Under the pieces are notes generated by a model. That model saw nothing but the letters and a program-made list of their open reading frames with translations. It ran no database searches and was not told where the DNA came from. From contig CAJXWO010000001.1 in NCBI GenBank assembly GCA_913062865.1, positions 39,646-103,645 of the forward strand: a stretch of 64,000 nt of DNA, written 5' to 3'. Positions 18,144 to 27,909 of this stretch are shown here, piece after piece. A program made the translations under genes and the position numbers. The stretch is from an uncultured Rhodobacteraceae bacterium. GTDB lineage: Bacteria; Pseudomonadota; Alphaproteobacteria; Rhodobacterales; Rhodobacteraceae. Within the stretch, counting starts at the first letter, position 1; each line of letters starts with the position of its first letter.

Positions 18144-19400
18144 ATGCCCGTTCTCGATCCACAGGCCCTGCTGCGCCAGATGCTTGACGCGACGATCGCG
18201 GCGGCCGATCCCGGCGAGGTCGTCGCGCGGCACCTGCCCGAGAAACCGACCGGGCGCTGCATCGTCGTCGGTGCGGGCAAGGCGGCGGCCAGCATGGCCC
18301 GCGCGGTCGAGCGCGCCTGGCCCGACGTGGCGGTGTCCGGTGTCGTGGTCACGCGCTACGGCCATGCCGTTCCGACCGACCGCGTCACGGTGCGCGAAGC
18401 ATCCCATCCGGTGCCGGACGCGGCCGGGCTGGCGGCGGCGCAGGAGATCCTGTGCGCGGCCGAAGCGGCCGGACCGGATGATCTGGTGCTGGCCTTGATT
18501 TCCGGGGGTGGGTCTGCCCTGATGCCAATGCCGCGCCCGCCGCTCGGCGTCGAGGACGAGATCGCCGTGAACAAGGCGCTCCTGCGCTCGGGGCTGCCCA
18601 TCGACGACATGAACCGGATCCGGCGGCGGCTTTCGGTGCTCAAGGGTGGCGGGCTGGCCCGCGCCGCGCACCCTGCACGGGTGGTGACGCTTGCCATATC
18701 CGATGTGCCGGGCGATGATCCGGCGGCGATCGCGTCGGGGCCCACCGTGCCGGACCTGAGCGCCGGGGATGACCTGTCGGCGCTCGTAGCGCGTCTCGGG
18801 CCGGTCCTGTCGGAACCAGTGCGATCCGTTCTGCGCGAGAGGCCCGACCCCGTGGCGCCGGTCGCGGCGGAGTATCGGTTGATCGCATCGCCGCAACTGG
18901 CGCTGGAAGCCGCAGCACGCGTTGCGCGCGCTGCCGGGATTACGCCTCATCTTCTGGGCGATGCGCTGGAGGGCGAGGCCCGTGAGCTGGGCACTGTCAT
19001 GTCGGGGATCGCAAAGGCGGTGCGGACCCACGGCACGCCTGGGCCCGCACCCTTGGTGGTCTTGTCTGGCGGCGAGACGACGGTGACCATCGGACAGGGT
19101 CGCCCCGGGCGCGGCGGGCGCAATACGGAATTCCTGCTGGGGCTTGCGCTGGGTCTGGACGGACTGGACGGCGTGCACGCCATTGCGGCGGATACGGATG
19201 GGATCGACGGAAGCGCGGATGCGGCCGGGGCTCTGATCGGGCCCGACACGCTGGCACGGGGGCGGGCGGCCGGGCAGGACCCGGTTCACAGCCTGGCCTC
19301 CCACGACAGCTATGGTTTTTTCGAGGCGGCGGGTGCGCTGATCAAGACGGGGCCCACGCTGACCAATGTGAACGATTTCCGCGCGGTTCTGGTTCTCTAG
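18144..19400 (+). CDS. ttuD: Glycerate 2-kinase / hydroxypyruvate reductase-like protein (DUF4147 + MOFRL)
   Basis: VVGAGKAAASMA, LISGGGSALM, LSGGETTV and TDGIDG blocks, in the position directly after ttuC. Confidence 0.75.
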   Translation: MPVLDPQALLRQMLDATIAAADPGEVVARHLPEKPTGRCIVVGAGKAAASMARAVERAWPDVAVSGVVVTRYGHAVPTDRVTVREASHPVPDAAGLAAAQEILCAAEAAGPDDLVLALISGGGSALMPMPRPPLGVEDEIAVNKALLRSGLPIDDMNRIRRRLSVLKGGGLARAAHPARVVTLAISDVPGDDPAAIASGPTVPDLSAGDDLSALVARLGPVLSEPVRSVLRERPDPVAPVAAEYRLIASPQLALEAAARVARAAGITPHLLGDALEGEARELGTVMSGIAKAVRTHGTPGPAPLVVLSGGETTVTIGQGRPGRGGRNTEFLLGLALGLDGLDGVHAIAADTDGIDGSADAAGALIGPDTLARGRAAGQDPVHSLASHDSYGFFEAAGALIKTGPTLTNVNDFRAVLVL

Positions 19401-19438
19401 CGCGCCGGGGCGGCCGGAGCGTGCGCCGGGTGGCGCGG

Positions 19439-20722
19439 TCACGCGGTGGGCCCGACATCGTCATCATCTTGCGCCGACCATGCAAGCCGGGCGGCGCCAA
19501 ATGCAGGTTCGGCATGCGGGGTTGTCTGCAGTGGCGGCGCAAGCCCCGCTGCGCGCAGGCGCATCCACGCCGGGTTGCGTGTACCGCCGCCGGTCGAGAA
19601 CAGCCGTGCCGCGGCGGGTCCGCCCAGCCGGGCGATCGTTGCGTAACCCTCGGCCTCGATCCGGACAAGCGCTTCGAGCAGCCCCTGAAGATAGAGCGCG
19701 TCATCGGCGGGCCGCGGCCCCATGACAGGCGCGCGGTCGGGGTCGTCGACGGGAAACCGCTCTCCGGGCGCGGTCAGCGGCACGTAGCGCAGGCCGGTGG
19801 GGCGGTCGGGATCGATCCGCCCGGCAAGGGCGGTCATCTGCGCATCGGAAAAGACTGTGCGCAGGGCCGCGCCGCCCGCGTTCGACGCTCCGCCCACCAG
19901 CCAGCGACCTAGAAGGCGGTGACTGTAGATGCCGTGGCGGGGCGCGGTCACCGGGGTGTCGGACAGGATCTTGAGGATCAGGGTCGAGCCCAGCGAGGTG
20001 ACTGCGTCGCCGGCATGCGCCAGCCCCGCCGCCAGCGCCGCGGCGCACCCGTCCGTGGTGCCGGAGACCAGCCGCAGGCTGGCAGGCAGACCCAGCGCGC
20101 GGGCCATGTCCGGTGCGATCGGGCCCAGATCGGTGCCGGGGGCCACGAGACCGGGCAGGCGCGCGCGGTCCACCTTCAGCGCGTCGAACCAGTCGGGCCA
20201 GGTTGCGTGCAGCGGGTCGGCTCCGGCCTTGAGCGTGGTGTTCACATCCGCAGGCAGCGCGCGGCCTGCGAGGCGCCCCAGGATGAAATCCCCCTCGAAG
20301 GCGACGCGGGTCACCCGCGGCGTGACCAGGCAGGCGATCAGGCGTGCCAATGGCGACGTGGCACCGTGAACGGCTGCGGTGTCCGGCGCATGGGCGCGGA
20401 TCCGGTCCAGCACCGCCTCGGGCCCCCGGTCGGAGTAGAGCGCAATCGGCGTGACGGCCCGGCCCGTTGTGTCGAGCCCCAGCAGCGAGCCGGAGGTGGC
20501 CGCGATGGCCAGCGCCACGGGTCTTGCGTCAGTGCCCGTCGCGTCGACAAGCGCGCTCAGGCAATCGGCGACCGCGCGCCATAGGTGCGCGGGATCGGTC
20601 CGTTCGACAGGACCAACGCGCGCACTGCGTACCATGGCCCGAAACGTGCCCGCACGGCTCAGCGCCACCGCCCGCACGCCGGAGGTGCCCAGGTCCAGCC
20701 CGATGGCGACCGGCTCAGGCAT
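19439..20722 (-). CDS. FGGY-family carbohydrate kinase; last gene of the cbb operon
   Basis: N-terminal IGLDLGTSGVRAV actin-fold phosphate-1 motif, GTTDGCAA, GGASNAGG and STGGG blocks. Overlaps the cbbY stop by 8 nt. Confidence 0.75.
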   Translation of the reverse strand: MPEPVAIGLDLGTSGVRAVALSRAGTFRAMVRSARVGPVERTDPAHLWRAVADCLSALVDATGTDARPVALAIAATSGSLLGLDTTGRAVTPIALYSDRGPEAVLDRIRAHAPDTAAVHGATSPLARLIACLVTPRVTRVAFEGDFILGRLAGRALPADVNTTLKAGADPLHATWPDWFDALKVDRARLPGLVAPGTDLGPIAPDMARALGLPASLRLVSGTTDGCAAALAAGLAHAGDAVTSLGSTLILKILSDTPVTAPRHGIYSHRLLGRWLVGGASNAGGAALRTVFSDAQMTALAGRIDPDRPTGLRYVPLTAPGERFPVDDPDRAPVMGPRPADDALYLQGLLEALVRIEAEGYATIARLGGPAAARLFSTGGGTRNPAWMRLRAAGLAPPLQTTPHAEPAFGAARLAWSAQDDDDVGPTA

Positions 20723-21407
20723 CGAGGTGACGCGTCAGCTCCTCGGGGAGATGGGGCAGGGTGAGGTCTGGGACGATCCATTCGGCGCCCGCGAAATCAT
20801 CCTGCGCCGTGTAGGCCGAGGGCGTCACGATCACCGGCAGCCCCGCGCCCTTGGCCGAGAGCACGCCGTTGCGGCTGTCCTCGAAGGCCATGGCGGCGTC
20901 CGGTGCGATCCCCAGCCGCGACACCGCCAGGGCGAAGACGTCCGGCGCGGGCTTTTTCCGCGCCACCTCGTCGCCGGCGGCGATGATCTCGAACACGTCC
21001 TTCATGGGCGCGCAGAAGCAGGCCCGGCAGAGCGCATCCACATTGGGCCGGTTCGTGGTGGTCGCGACCGCCAGGCGCAGCCCACGAGCGCGGGCCCGGT
21101 CGATCAGCGAGGCCACGCCCGGGCGCAGGTCGAGCGCGCCACTGGCGATGATCTGGGCATAGCGCGCTGTCTTTCGCTGGTGCAGTGCCGCGATGGTGTC
21201 ATCGTCGGGCCCTTGGCCAACATGGTCGCGGTAGGCGCGCATGCGTTCCTTGCCGCCGGTGGTCCGTAAGAGCCAGGTGTAGTCCTCGACCGACCAGTGC
21301 CAATCCATCCCGGCCTCGGCAAAGGTGTCGTTGAAGGCGTGCCTGTGCGCCTCTTCGGTCTCGGCCAGGGTGCCGTCGACATCGAAGATCAGCGCCTCGA
21401 GGGTCAT
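20715..21407 (-). CDS. cbbY: CbbY-type HAD phosphatase (xylulose-1,5-bisphosphate phosphatase family)
   Basis: LIFDVDGTLAETEEAHRHAFNDTF...TTGGKERM...LAVATTT...KKPAPDV. Closely resembles R. sphaeroides CbbY as I remember it. Confidence 0.85.
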   Translation of the reverse strand: MTLEALIFDVDGTLAETEEAHRHAFNDTFAEAGMDWHWSVEDYTWLLRTTGGKERMRAYRDHVGQGPDDDTIAALHQRKTARYAQIIASGALDLRPGVASLIDRARARGLRLAVATTTNRPNVDALCRACFCAPMKDVFEIIAAGDEVARKKPAPDVFALAVSRLGIAPDAAMAFEDSRNGVLSAKGAGLPVIVTPSAYTAQDDFAGAEWIVPDLTLPHLPEELTRHLDA

Positions 21408-22060
21408 TCGGCCTCGGCCAGCATCCGGTCGACCAGCGCGGGCAGGTCGGCAAAGTCGGAAAAGGCCGCTGTGTGCGGCATCTCTTCCACCGGCGCCTTG
21501 CGGTAGCCTTCGGTGAAGAGAAGAAAGGGCACCATGGCCCGCTGTGCGGTCTCGGCATCGACGCCGCTGTCACCCACATATAGCTCTGGCCCCTCGGGCA
21601 GGGCGTCAAAGGCGGCGTTGAGCGGTTTCGGGTCGGGTTTGTGCACGGGCAGGCTGTCGCCGCCCCAGACGGTCTGGAAATACCCGTCGAGACCCAGATG
21701 GGCGATGACCGCCTTGCAGGGCGCGATGGGCTTGTTGGTGCAGATGCCCAGATCGTGCCCGGCCTCGGTCAGGGCGATCAGCGTGGCCTCGACATTGGGA
21801 TAGGGTTCAGTCAGGTGCACCGCGTGGTCGTAACGCGCGATGAACTGCGCAAGCAGCCGATCATGTTGATCGTCGCCGATGCCGCGCAGGGCGCGCAGCT
21901 TTTCCACGAAGACTGAGGCACCGTTGCCGATGAAATCGCGCGCCTGCTCCAGCGTGATCGGATCCAGCCCTTCCTGGGCCATGAGCGCGTTAGCAATGCC
22001 GTGGATGTCCGGCGCGCTGTCGATGAGCGTCCCGTCGAGGTCGAAGACGATGCGCGCCAT
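21404..22060 (-). CDS. cbbZ: Phosphoglycolate phosphatase
   Basis: HAD motifs IVFDLDGTLIDS, CTNK and VGDSGVD. ATG 22060 overlaps the upstream stop (TGATG); the longest ORF starts at 22075. Confidence 0.8.
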   Translation of the reverse strand: MARIVFDLDGTLIDSAPDIHGIANALMAQEGLDPITLEQARDFIGNGASVFVEKLRALRGIGDDQHDRLLAQFIARYDHAVHLTEPYPNVEATLIALTEAGHDLGICTNKPIAPCKAVIAHLGLDGYFQTVWGGDSLPVHKPDPKPLNAAFDALPEGPELYVGDSGVDAETAQRAMVPFLLFTEGYRKAPVEEMPHTAAFSDFADLPALVDRMLAEAE

Positions 22061-22614
22061 CAGGCGGCTTTCCACTTGATCGAACAGCCCATGGAGGGGA
22101 CCTGCTCGGCCGGGCCCTTGCCGGTTTCGGCTACCTGTTTCATGGCCTCGAAAAGATCGCGGCGCAGGTCGGGCGGGCCAGCCTCCTTGCGGCTGGCATC
22201 CAGTCGCCCGCGGTATTGCAGGCCCAGATCGGCGTTGAAGCCGAAGAAATCCGGTGTGCAGGCCGCGTCATAGGCGCGGGCGACCGATTGATCCTCATCG
22301 TAGAGATAGGGGAAGGTGAACCCCTTCTCCTGCGCGAGCTTGCCCATGTTCTCGAAACTGTCGGCGGGGTAGGCCACCACGTCGTTCGAGGAAATGGCCG
22401 CCACGCCGATGCCCATGGCCTGCAGATCCCGCGCGTCGCGCACGATCCGGTCGATCACGGCCAGCACATAGGGGCAGTGATTGCAGATGAACATCACCAG
22501 CGCGCCCTTGGGCCCGGCCACATCGGCCAGGCTGTAGGTCTTGCCGTCCGTCGCCGGGAGGGAAAACCCGGGCGCGGGCCAGTCGAAATCGCAGACGGGG
22601 GGCGTGGCGGCCAT
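22060..22614 (-). CDS. Thioredoxin-fold protein (AhpC/TSA-like) with a CNHCP motif
   Basis: 184 aa. APGFSLPATDGKTYSL...LVMFICNHCPYV is typical of the thioredoxin-like redoxin family. Confidence 0.7.
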   Translation of the reverse strand: MAATPPVCDFDWPAPGFSLPATDGKTYSLADVAGPKGALVMFICNHCPYVLAVIDRIVRDARDLQAMGIGVAAISSNDVVAYPADSFENMGKLAQEKGFTFPYLYDEDQSVARAYDAACTPDFFGFNADLGLQYRGRLDASRKEAGPPDLRRDLFEAMKQVAETGKGPAEQVPSMGCSIKWKAA

Positions 22615-22625
22615 GGCAGGCTCCT

Positions 22626-23750
22626 TTACTCGGCAGGCTCGGAAACAAGCGCGTCGTTCAGCGCCTCGAGCAGCAGGTCGACCCGTTCGGGCCGGGCGTT
22701 TTCACCCATGAGGCCCAGCCGCCAGACCTTGCCCGCGAGCGGACCGAGGCCCGCACCGATCTCGATGTTCTTGTCCTTGAGCAGCCGGGCCCGCACCGCG
22801 GCCTCGTCCACGCCCTCGGGCACCTTGACGACATTGAGCTGGGGCAGGCGATGGGGCGCGTCGACCAGGAAATCGAGGCCGAGACGCGCAAGACCCTGAT
22901 CGAGGCGGCGATGCGCCTCTTCATGGCGCGCGCGGGCGGCGTCGAGCCCTTCGTCCAGCACGGCCTTGAGCCCGGCATGCAGGCCGTAAATGGCGTTCAC
23001 AGGGGCCGTGTGATGATAGGACCGCGCGCCGTCACCGGACCAGTAGCCCAGAACGAGGTTCAGGTCGCAGAACCAGGATTGCACCTTGGTCTCGCGGCTT
23101 CTGATCACCTCGATGGCGCGGTCGGAAAAGGTGATGGGCGCCAGGCCCGGCGGCACAGACAGGCATTTTTGCGTGCCGGAATAAACCACGTCGGCGCCCC
23201 AGCCATCCACGTCGACATTGCTGCCGATGAGGCCCGTGACCGTGTCCACGATGCTGAGCATGCCGGCCTCGCTGGCCGCGGCGCATATGGGACCGGGATC
23301 GGTGCAGGTGCCGGTCGAGGTCTCGGCATGGACGAAAGCCACCAGCTTGGCGTCCGGGTTGGCTGCGATCGCCTCTTTCATCGCGTCTGCATCAACGGGC
23401 GTGCCCCAGTCGTTTTCCACGGTCACCAAGTGGGCGCCCGCGCGGGTCACGATATCGGCCATGCGGCCACCGAAGACGCCGTTGATGCCCACGATGGCGG
23501 TGTCGCCGGGTTCGAGCAGGTTGACGAGCGCGGCCTCCATCGCCAGCGAGGCAGGGGCCGAGATCGGAAAGGTCATGGCGTTGCGGGTGCGGAACACCTG
23601 GCGCAGCATTTCTTTCACCTCGTCCATGATCTGGCCGAAGACCGGGTCGAGATGGCCGATGCAGGGCAGGGCGGTCGCGTCCAGCACCTCTTGGGACACG
23701 TTGCTGGGGCCCGGTCCGAACAGGTCGCGCGAGGGGATATTCAGGGTCAT
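22626..23750 (-). CDS. Class V aminotransferase of the serine-glyoxylate / alanine-glyoxylate type
   Basis: Starts MTLNIPSRDLFGPGPSNVSQEVL. Contains HAETSTG and SGTQKCL (PLP lysine). The 576-aa ORF in the track is an upstream extension that runs through rpe in another frame. Confidence 0.75.
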   Translation of the reverse strand: MTLNIPSRDLFGPGPSNVSQEVLDATALPCIGHLDPVFGQIMDEVKEMLRQVFRTRNAMTFPISAPASLAMEAALVNLLEPGDTAIVGINGVFGGRMADIVTRAGAHLVTVENDWGTPVDADAMKEAIAANPDAKLVAFVHAETSTGTCTDPGPICAAASEAGMLSIVDTVTGLIGSNVDVDGWGADVVYSGTQKCLSVPPGLAPITFSDRAIEVIRSRETKVQSWFCDLNLVLGYWSGDGARSYHHTAPVNAIYGLHAGLKAVLDEGLDAARARHEEAHRRLDQGLARLGLDFLVDAPHRLPQLNVVKVPEGVDEAAVRARLLKDKNIEIGAGLGPLAGKVWRLGLMGENARPERVDLLLEALNDALVSEPAE

Positions 23751-23755
23751 TGGGG

Positions 23756-24457
23756 TCACTCCGCTGCTTGGGCGCAGGCCGCCTGCGCGGCCGTGCGGAT
23801 TGCAGAAATGTTCTGTCCATAGGGCGCCGGGTTCGACACGGACCCCCCTTTGAACACAGCGGATCCGGCCACGAGAACATCGGCGCCTGCGGCTGCCACC
23901 AATGGCGCAGTTTCGGTGGTTACGCCACCGTCGATTTCGATATGCACGGGCCGGTCGCCGATCATCGCGCGCAGCGCGCGGACCTTGTCCGTCATGTCGA
24001 GGAATTTCTGACCGCCGAAGCCGGGGTTTACGGTCATCACGCAGACCAGGTCCGCGAGGTCCAGCAGATGCTCGACAGAGGCCGCGGGCGTGCCCGGGTT
24101 CAGCGCCACGCCGGCCTTCATGCCTGCGCCACGAATGGCCTGGAGCGTGCGGTGGATATGGGGGCCCGCCTCGACATGGGCGGTCAGGATATCGGCACCC
24201 GCCTCGGCATAGACGTCGATATAGGGATCGACCGGCGCGATCATAAGGTGGACATCCATCACCGTCTTCACATGGGGGCGGAATGCCTTGACCGCGGGCG
24301 GGCCGAAGGTGAGGTTCGGCACGAAATGCCCGTCCATCACATCCACATGGACCCAATCGGCACCCTCGGCCTCGATGGCCCGAATTTCACGGCCGAAATC
24401 GGCGAAATCGGCCGACAGGATCGACGGCGCGATCTTGATGGAACGCTCAAAGCTCAT
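23756..24457 (-). CDS. rpe: Ribulose-phosphate 3-epimerase
   Basis: IAPSILSADFADFG, HVDVMDGHFVPN, MTVNPGFGGQKF and IEIDGG. An AAGGAG RBS lies 7 nt upstream. Confidence 0.95.
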   Translation of the reverse strand: MSFERSIKIAPSILSADFADFGREIRAIEAEGADWVHVDVMDGHFVPNLTFGPPAVKAFRPHVKTVMDVHLMIAPVDPYIDVYAEAGADILTAHVEAGPHIHRTLQAIRGAGMKAGVALNPGTPAASVEHLLDLADLVCVMTVNPGFGGQKFLDMTDKVRALRAMIGDRPVHIEIDGGVTTETAPLVAAAGADVLVAGSAVFKGGSVSNPAPYGQNISAIRTAAQAACAQAAE

Positions 24458-24575
24458 GGGATGTCTCCTTTCAACATGCCCTGTCGGGCATAGCCTATCG
24501 GCGTGGGGCGCGCCACGGTTCCGGTGGGACGCCCCGCCGCGCGTCTTTTCGCCCGCGCGGCAGAGCGGGGGGCCG

Positions 24576-25655
24576 TCAGGCGGCCTTGGCCGTGCCGATC
24601 ACCGGGTCGAGCGTGCCGTCTGCATAACGCTTGGCCATATCGTCCATCGCGATCACCTTGATCTTCGACGCATTGCCCGCGGTGCCGAAGCGTTCGAACC
24701 GGTCGCGGCACAGATCCTCCATCTCCTTCATCGCCGGAACGAGGAACTTGCGCGGATCGAACTGCGTGGGGCTTTCGGTGGCGATCTTGCGGAACTGGCC
24801 GGTCATGGCCATGCGGCAATCGGTGTCGATATTGACCTTGCGCACACCCGAGCGGATGCCCTTTTCGATCTCTTCGACCGGCACGCCGTAGGTTTGGGGC
24901 ATCTCGCCGCCGTACTGGTTGATCAGGTCCTGCAGATACTGCGGCACCGAGGACGAGCCGTGCATGACAAGGTGCACGTTGGGGATCCGCTCGTGGATCT
25001 CGGCGATGCGGGCCATGGCAAGGATCTCGCCATCGGGCTTGCGCGAGAACTTGTAGGCGCCGTGCGAGGTCCCGCAGGCGATGGCCAGCGCATCGACCTT
25101 GGTCTTGGCGACGAAATCGGCGGCCTGGTCGGGATCGGTCAAGAGGTCGTCCATGCTGAGCTTGCCGACCGCGCCCGAGCCGTCCTCTTCGGCGGCCTCG
25201 CCGGTTTCGAGGCTGCCCAGAACACCCAGCTCGCCCTCGACCGAGGCACCGACCCAATGGGCCATCTGGGCCACGCGCGCGGTGATGTCGACGTTATACT
25301 CATACGAGGCGGGCGTCTTCATGTCCGCCTCGAGCGAGCCGTCCATCATCACCGAGGTGAAGCCGTGGCCGATGGCCGACAGGCAGGTCTGTTCGTTGTT
25401 GCCATGGTCCTGGTGCATGCAGATCGGGTTGTCGGGGAACATCTCGGCCAGGGCCTGGACCATGTGGCGCAGCATGATGTCGCCCGCGTAGGACCGCGCC
25501 CCGCGGCTGGCCTGCAGGATTACCGGCGCGTCCACGGCCTGGGCGGCCTTCATGATCGCAAGACCCTGTTCCATGTTGTTGATGTTGAAGGCGGGCACGC
25601 CATAGCCGTTCTCGGCAGCGTGATCGAGCAGTTGGCGAAGGGTGATAAGTGCCAT
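24576..25655 (-). CDS. cbbA: Class II fructose-1,6-/sedoheptulose-1,7-bisphosphate aldolase (Calvin-cycle subtype)
   Basis: [44 protein letters not shown] and [10 protein letters not shown]. An AAGGAG RBS precedes ATG 25655. Confidence 0.95.
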   Translation of the reverse strand: MALITLRQLLDHAAENGYGVPAFNINNMEQGLAIMKAAQAVDAPVILQASRGARSYAGDIMLRHMVQALAEMFPDNPICMHQDHGNNEQTCLSAIGHGFTSVMMDGSLEADMKTPASYEYNVDITARVAQMAHWVGASVEGELGVLGSLETGEAAEEDGSGAVGKLSMDDLLTDPDQAADFVAKTKVDALAIACGTSHGAYKFSRKPDGEILAMARIAEIHERIPNVHLVMHGSSSVPQYLQDLINQYGGEMPQTYGVPVEEIEKGIRSGVRKVNIDTDCRMAMTGQFRKIATESPTQFDPRKFLVPAMKEMEDLCRDRFERFGTAGNASKIKVIAMDDMAKRYADGTLDPVIGTAKAA

Positions 25656-25669
25656 GTGGGGTCTCCTTT

Positions 25670-26878
25670 TCAGGCGGCTTTGGTGGCCTGCATCAAGGCC
25701 GCGATGCCGGGGAGCGTCTTGCCCTCCAGCCATTCCAGGAATGCACCCCCGGCAGAGGATACATAGGTGAAGTCATCGGCCACGTGCGCCGCGTTCAGCG
25801 CCGCGACCGTGTCGCCGCCACCGGCGACCGACACGGTGCGTCCGGCCTTGGTCAGCTCGGCTGCAGTCTTTGCCAGCGCGACGGTGGCCGCGTCGAAGGG
25901 CGGGATCTCGAACGCGCCCAGCGGTCCGTTCCACAGGATCGTTTTCGCCTCGGACAGCACTTGGCTGAAGCTTGCAACCGCCAAGGGCCCTGCATCGAGG
26001 ATCATCGCGGTCTCGGGGCATTGGTGCGCCTCGACCGTCACATGGGGCGCGTGGGCCGCGAACTCGGTCGCGCAGACCACGTCCTGGGGCAGCAGGATGC
26101 GGCAGCCCGAGGCACGGGCCAGCGCGTTGATCTCGGCCACGGTGCCGGCCTGGTCGGCCTCGTGGAGGGACTTGCCCATGGGCTTGCCTTCGGCAAAGAG
26201 GAACGTGTTGGCCATGCCGCCGCCAATAATGACCGCGTCGAGCTTCTGGACGAGGTTCTTCAGCACCGCGATCTTGGTCGACACTTTCGCGCCGCCCACG
26301 ATGGCAACGGCAGGCGATTGCGGCGCTTCGAGCGCGGCGCTCAGCGCCTCGATCTCTTCGATCAGGAGCGGGCCTGCGGCGGCGGGCAACAGCCGTGCCA
26401 CCGCCTCGGTCGAGGCATGGGCGCGGTGCGCGCAGGAAAATGCGTCATTGACGTAGATATCGCCCAGCTTGGCCAATTCGGCCGCGAAGCCCGGGTCATT
26501 GCCGGTCTCGCCTGCGTGGTAGCGCAGGTTTTCGCACAGCATCGCCTCGCCATCTTGCAGCGCATTGGCGTGGATCTCGGCCGAGGGGCCATAGCACACA
26601 TCCGAAAAGCGCACGGGCACCCCGAGCGCCTCGGCCAGCGCCGGGCGCAGCTTGTCCGTGGAAAAGGCCGGGTCCAGCTCGTTCGGGGTGGGTCGCCCGA
26701 AATGGGTGATGATGACCAGCCGCGCGCCCCGGGCCAGAAGCGGTTTCATGCCGTCGGCAAAGCGCGTGATCCGGGTGGCATCGGTCACCTCGCCATTCTC
26801 GACCGGTACGTTGAGGTCCGCCCGGACAAGCAGGCGCTTGCCGCGAACGTCCATGTCGGTGATGCGGGGCAGGTCCAT
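25670..26878 (-). CDS. pgk: Phosphoglycerate kinase
   Basis: [11 protein letters not shown]-type N terminus, [32 protein letters not shown] and GGGDTVAA. The ATG overlaps the gap stop (TGATG). Confidence 0.95.
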   Translation of the reverse strand: MDLPRITDMDVRGKRLLVRADLNVPVENGEVTDATRITRFADGMKPLLARGARLVIITHFGRPTPNELDPAFSTDKLRPALAEALGVPVRFSDVCYGPSAEIHANALQDGEAMLCENLRYHAGETGNDPGFAAELAKLGDIYVNDAFSCAHRAHASTEAVARLLPAAAGPLLIEEIEALSAALEAPQSPAVAIVGGAKVSTKIAVLKNLVQKLDAVIIGGGMANTFLFAEGKPMGKSLHEADQAGTVAEINALARASGCRILLPQDVVCATEFAAHAPHVTVEAHQCPETAMILDAGPLAVASFSQVLSEAKTILWNGPLGAFEIPPFDAATVALAKTAAELTKAGRTVSVAGGGDTVAALNAAHVADDFTYVSSAGGAFLEWLEGKTLPGIAALMQATKAA

Positions 26879-27879
26879 CAGATCAGCTTTCCCATGGCGA
26901 CGGCGGTTTCCGCCATCCGGTTCGAAAAGCCCCATTCGTTGTCATACCACGACAGGATGCGGACCATGTTGCCGTCCATCACCTTGGTCTGATCCATGTG
27001 GAAGACCGAGGAATGGGGGTCATGGTTGAAGTCGATCGAGACATTCGCCGCCTCGGTATAGCCCAGGATGCCCTTCATCGGGCCATCGGCGGCAGCCTTG
27101 ATCGCGGCGTTGACCTCTTCGATGGTGGTCGACTTCGAGGCCTCGAACACAAGGTCCACGACCGACACGTTCGGTGTGGGCACCCGGATTGCGACGCCGT
27201 CGAGCTTGCCGTTCAGCTCGGGCAGCACCAGGCCCACGGCCTTGGCCGCGCCGGTCGAGGTGGGGATCATCGACATGGCCGCGGCACGCGCGCGGTAGAG
27301 ATCCTTGTGCATCGTGTCGAGCGTGGGCTGGTCGCCCGTGTAGCTGTGGATCGTCGTCATAAAGCCGCGCTTGATGCCGATGGCGTCATTCAGCGCCTTG
27401 GCCACGGGCGACAGGCAGTTCGTGGTGCAGGACGCGTTCGACACCACCGTGTCCTCGGCGGTCAGGCTGTCGTGGTTCACGCCGAAGACGATGGTCTTGT
27501 CCGCGCCCGAAGCCGGAGCCGAGACCAGAACGCGCTTCGATCCGTTCTCGAGGTGGAACGCCGCCTTGTCACGGTCGGTAAAGATGCCGGTGCATTCCAG
27601 CGCGATGTCCACATCGCCCCAGGGCAGCTCTTTCGGGTCGCGGATCGCGGTGACCTTGATGGGGCCGCGGCCCACGTCGATCGTGTCGCCCGACACGGTG
27701 ACGGTGCCCGGAAAGCGGCCGTGAACACTGTCGAAGCGCACGAGGTGTGCATTGGTTTCCACCGGGCCCAGGTCGTTTATCGCGACCACCTCGATATCGG
27801 TACGACCGGATTCGACGATGGCGCGCAGCACGTTGCGGCCGATGCGGCCAAACCCGTTGATGGCAACTTTGACTGTCAT
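26878..27879 (-). CDS. gap: Glyceraldehyde-3-phosphate dehydrogenase
   Basis: INGFGRIGR, the active site [10 protein letters not shown], and [12 protein letters not shown]. Confidence 0.95.
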   Translation of the reverse strand: MTVKVAINGFGRIGRNVLRAIVESGRTDIEVVAINDLGPVETNAHLVRFDSVHGRFPGTVTVSGDTIDVGRGPIKVTAIRDPKELPWGDVDIALECTGIFTDRDKAAFHLENGSKRVLVSAPASGADKTIVFGVNHDSLTAEDTVVSNASCTTNCLSPVAKALNDAIGIKRGFMTTIHSYTGDQPTLDTMHKDLYRARAAAMSMIPTSTGAAKAVGLVLPELNGKLDGVAIRVPTPNVSVVDLVFEASKSTTIEEVNAAIKAAADGPMKGILGYTEAANVSIDFNHDPHSSVFHMDQTKVMDGNMVRILSWYDNEWGFSNRMAETAVAMGKLI

Positions 27880-27909
27880 GGTCTTTTTCTTCCTTATGTC
27901 TTCACTGTC

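Noticed and set aside
16971-19442. 823-aa minus-strand ORF opposite ttuC and ttuD
   Set aside because: It spans two independent, well-supported plus-strand genes and their intergenic gap. Arg/Gly/Pro/His-rich artefact.
22626-24356. Long N-terminal extensions in the ORF track: aminotransferase 576 aa, tkt 795 aa, sbtA 508 aa, fdsB 682 aa, fds LysR 369 aa, ttuC 459 aa, aglA 614 aa, sulfatase 415 aa, alaX 288 aa
   Set aside because: In each case the extension runs through the upstream gene in a different frame and translates to Arg/Pro/Gly-rich nonsense. An internal ATG or GTG with a Shine-Dalgarno sequence, or a stop-start overlap, gives a protein of the normal family length.
24288-25766. 492-aa plus-strand ORF opposite the class II aldolase gene
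   Set aside because: Antisense to cbbA, which has canonical motifs. No recognisable domain.
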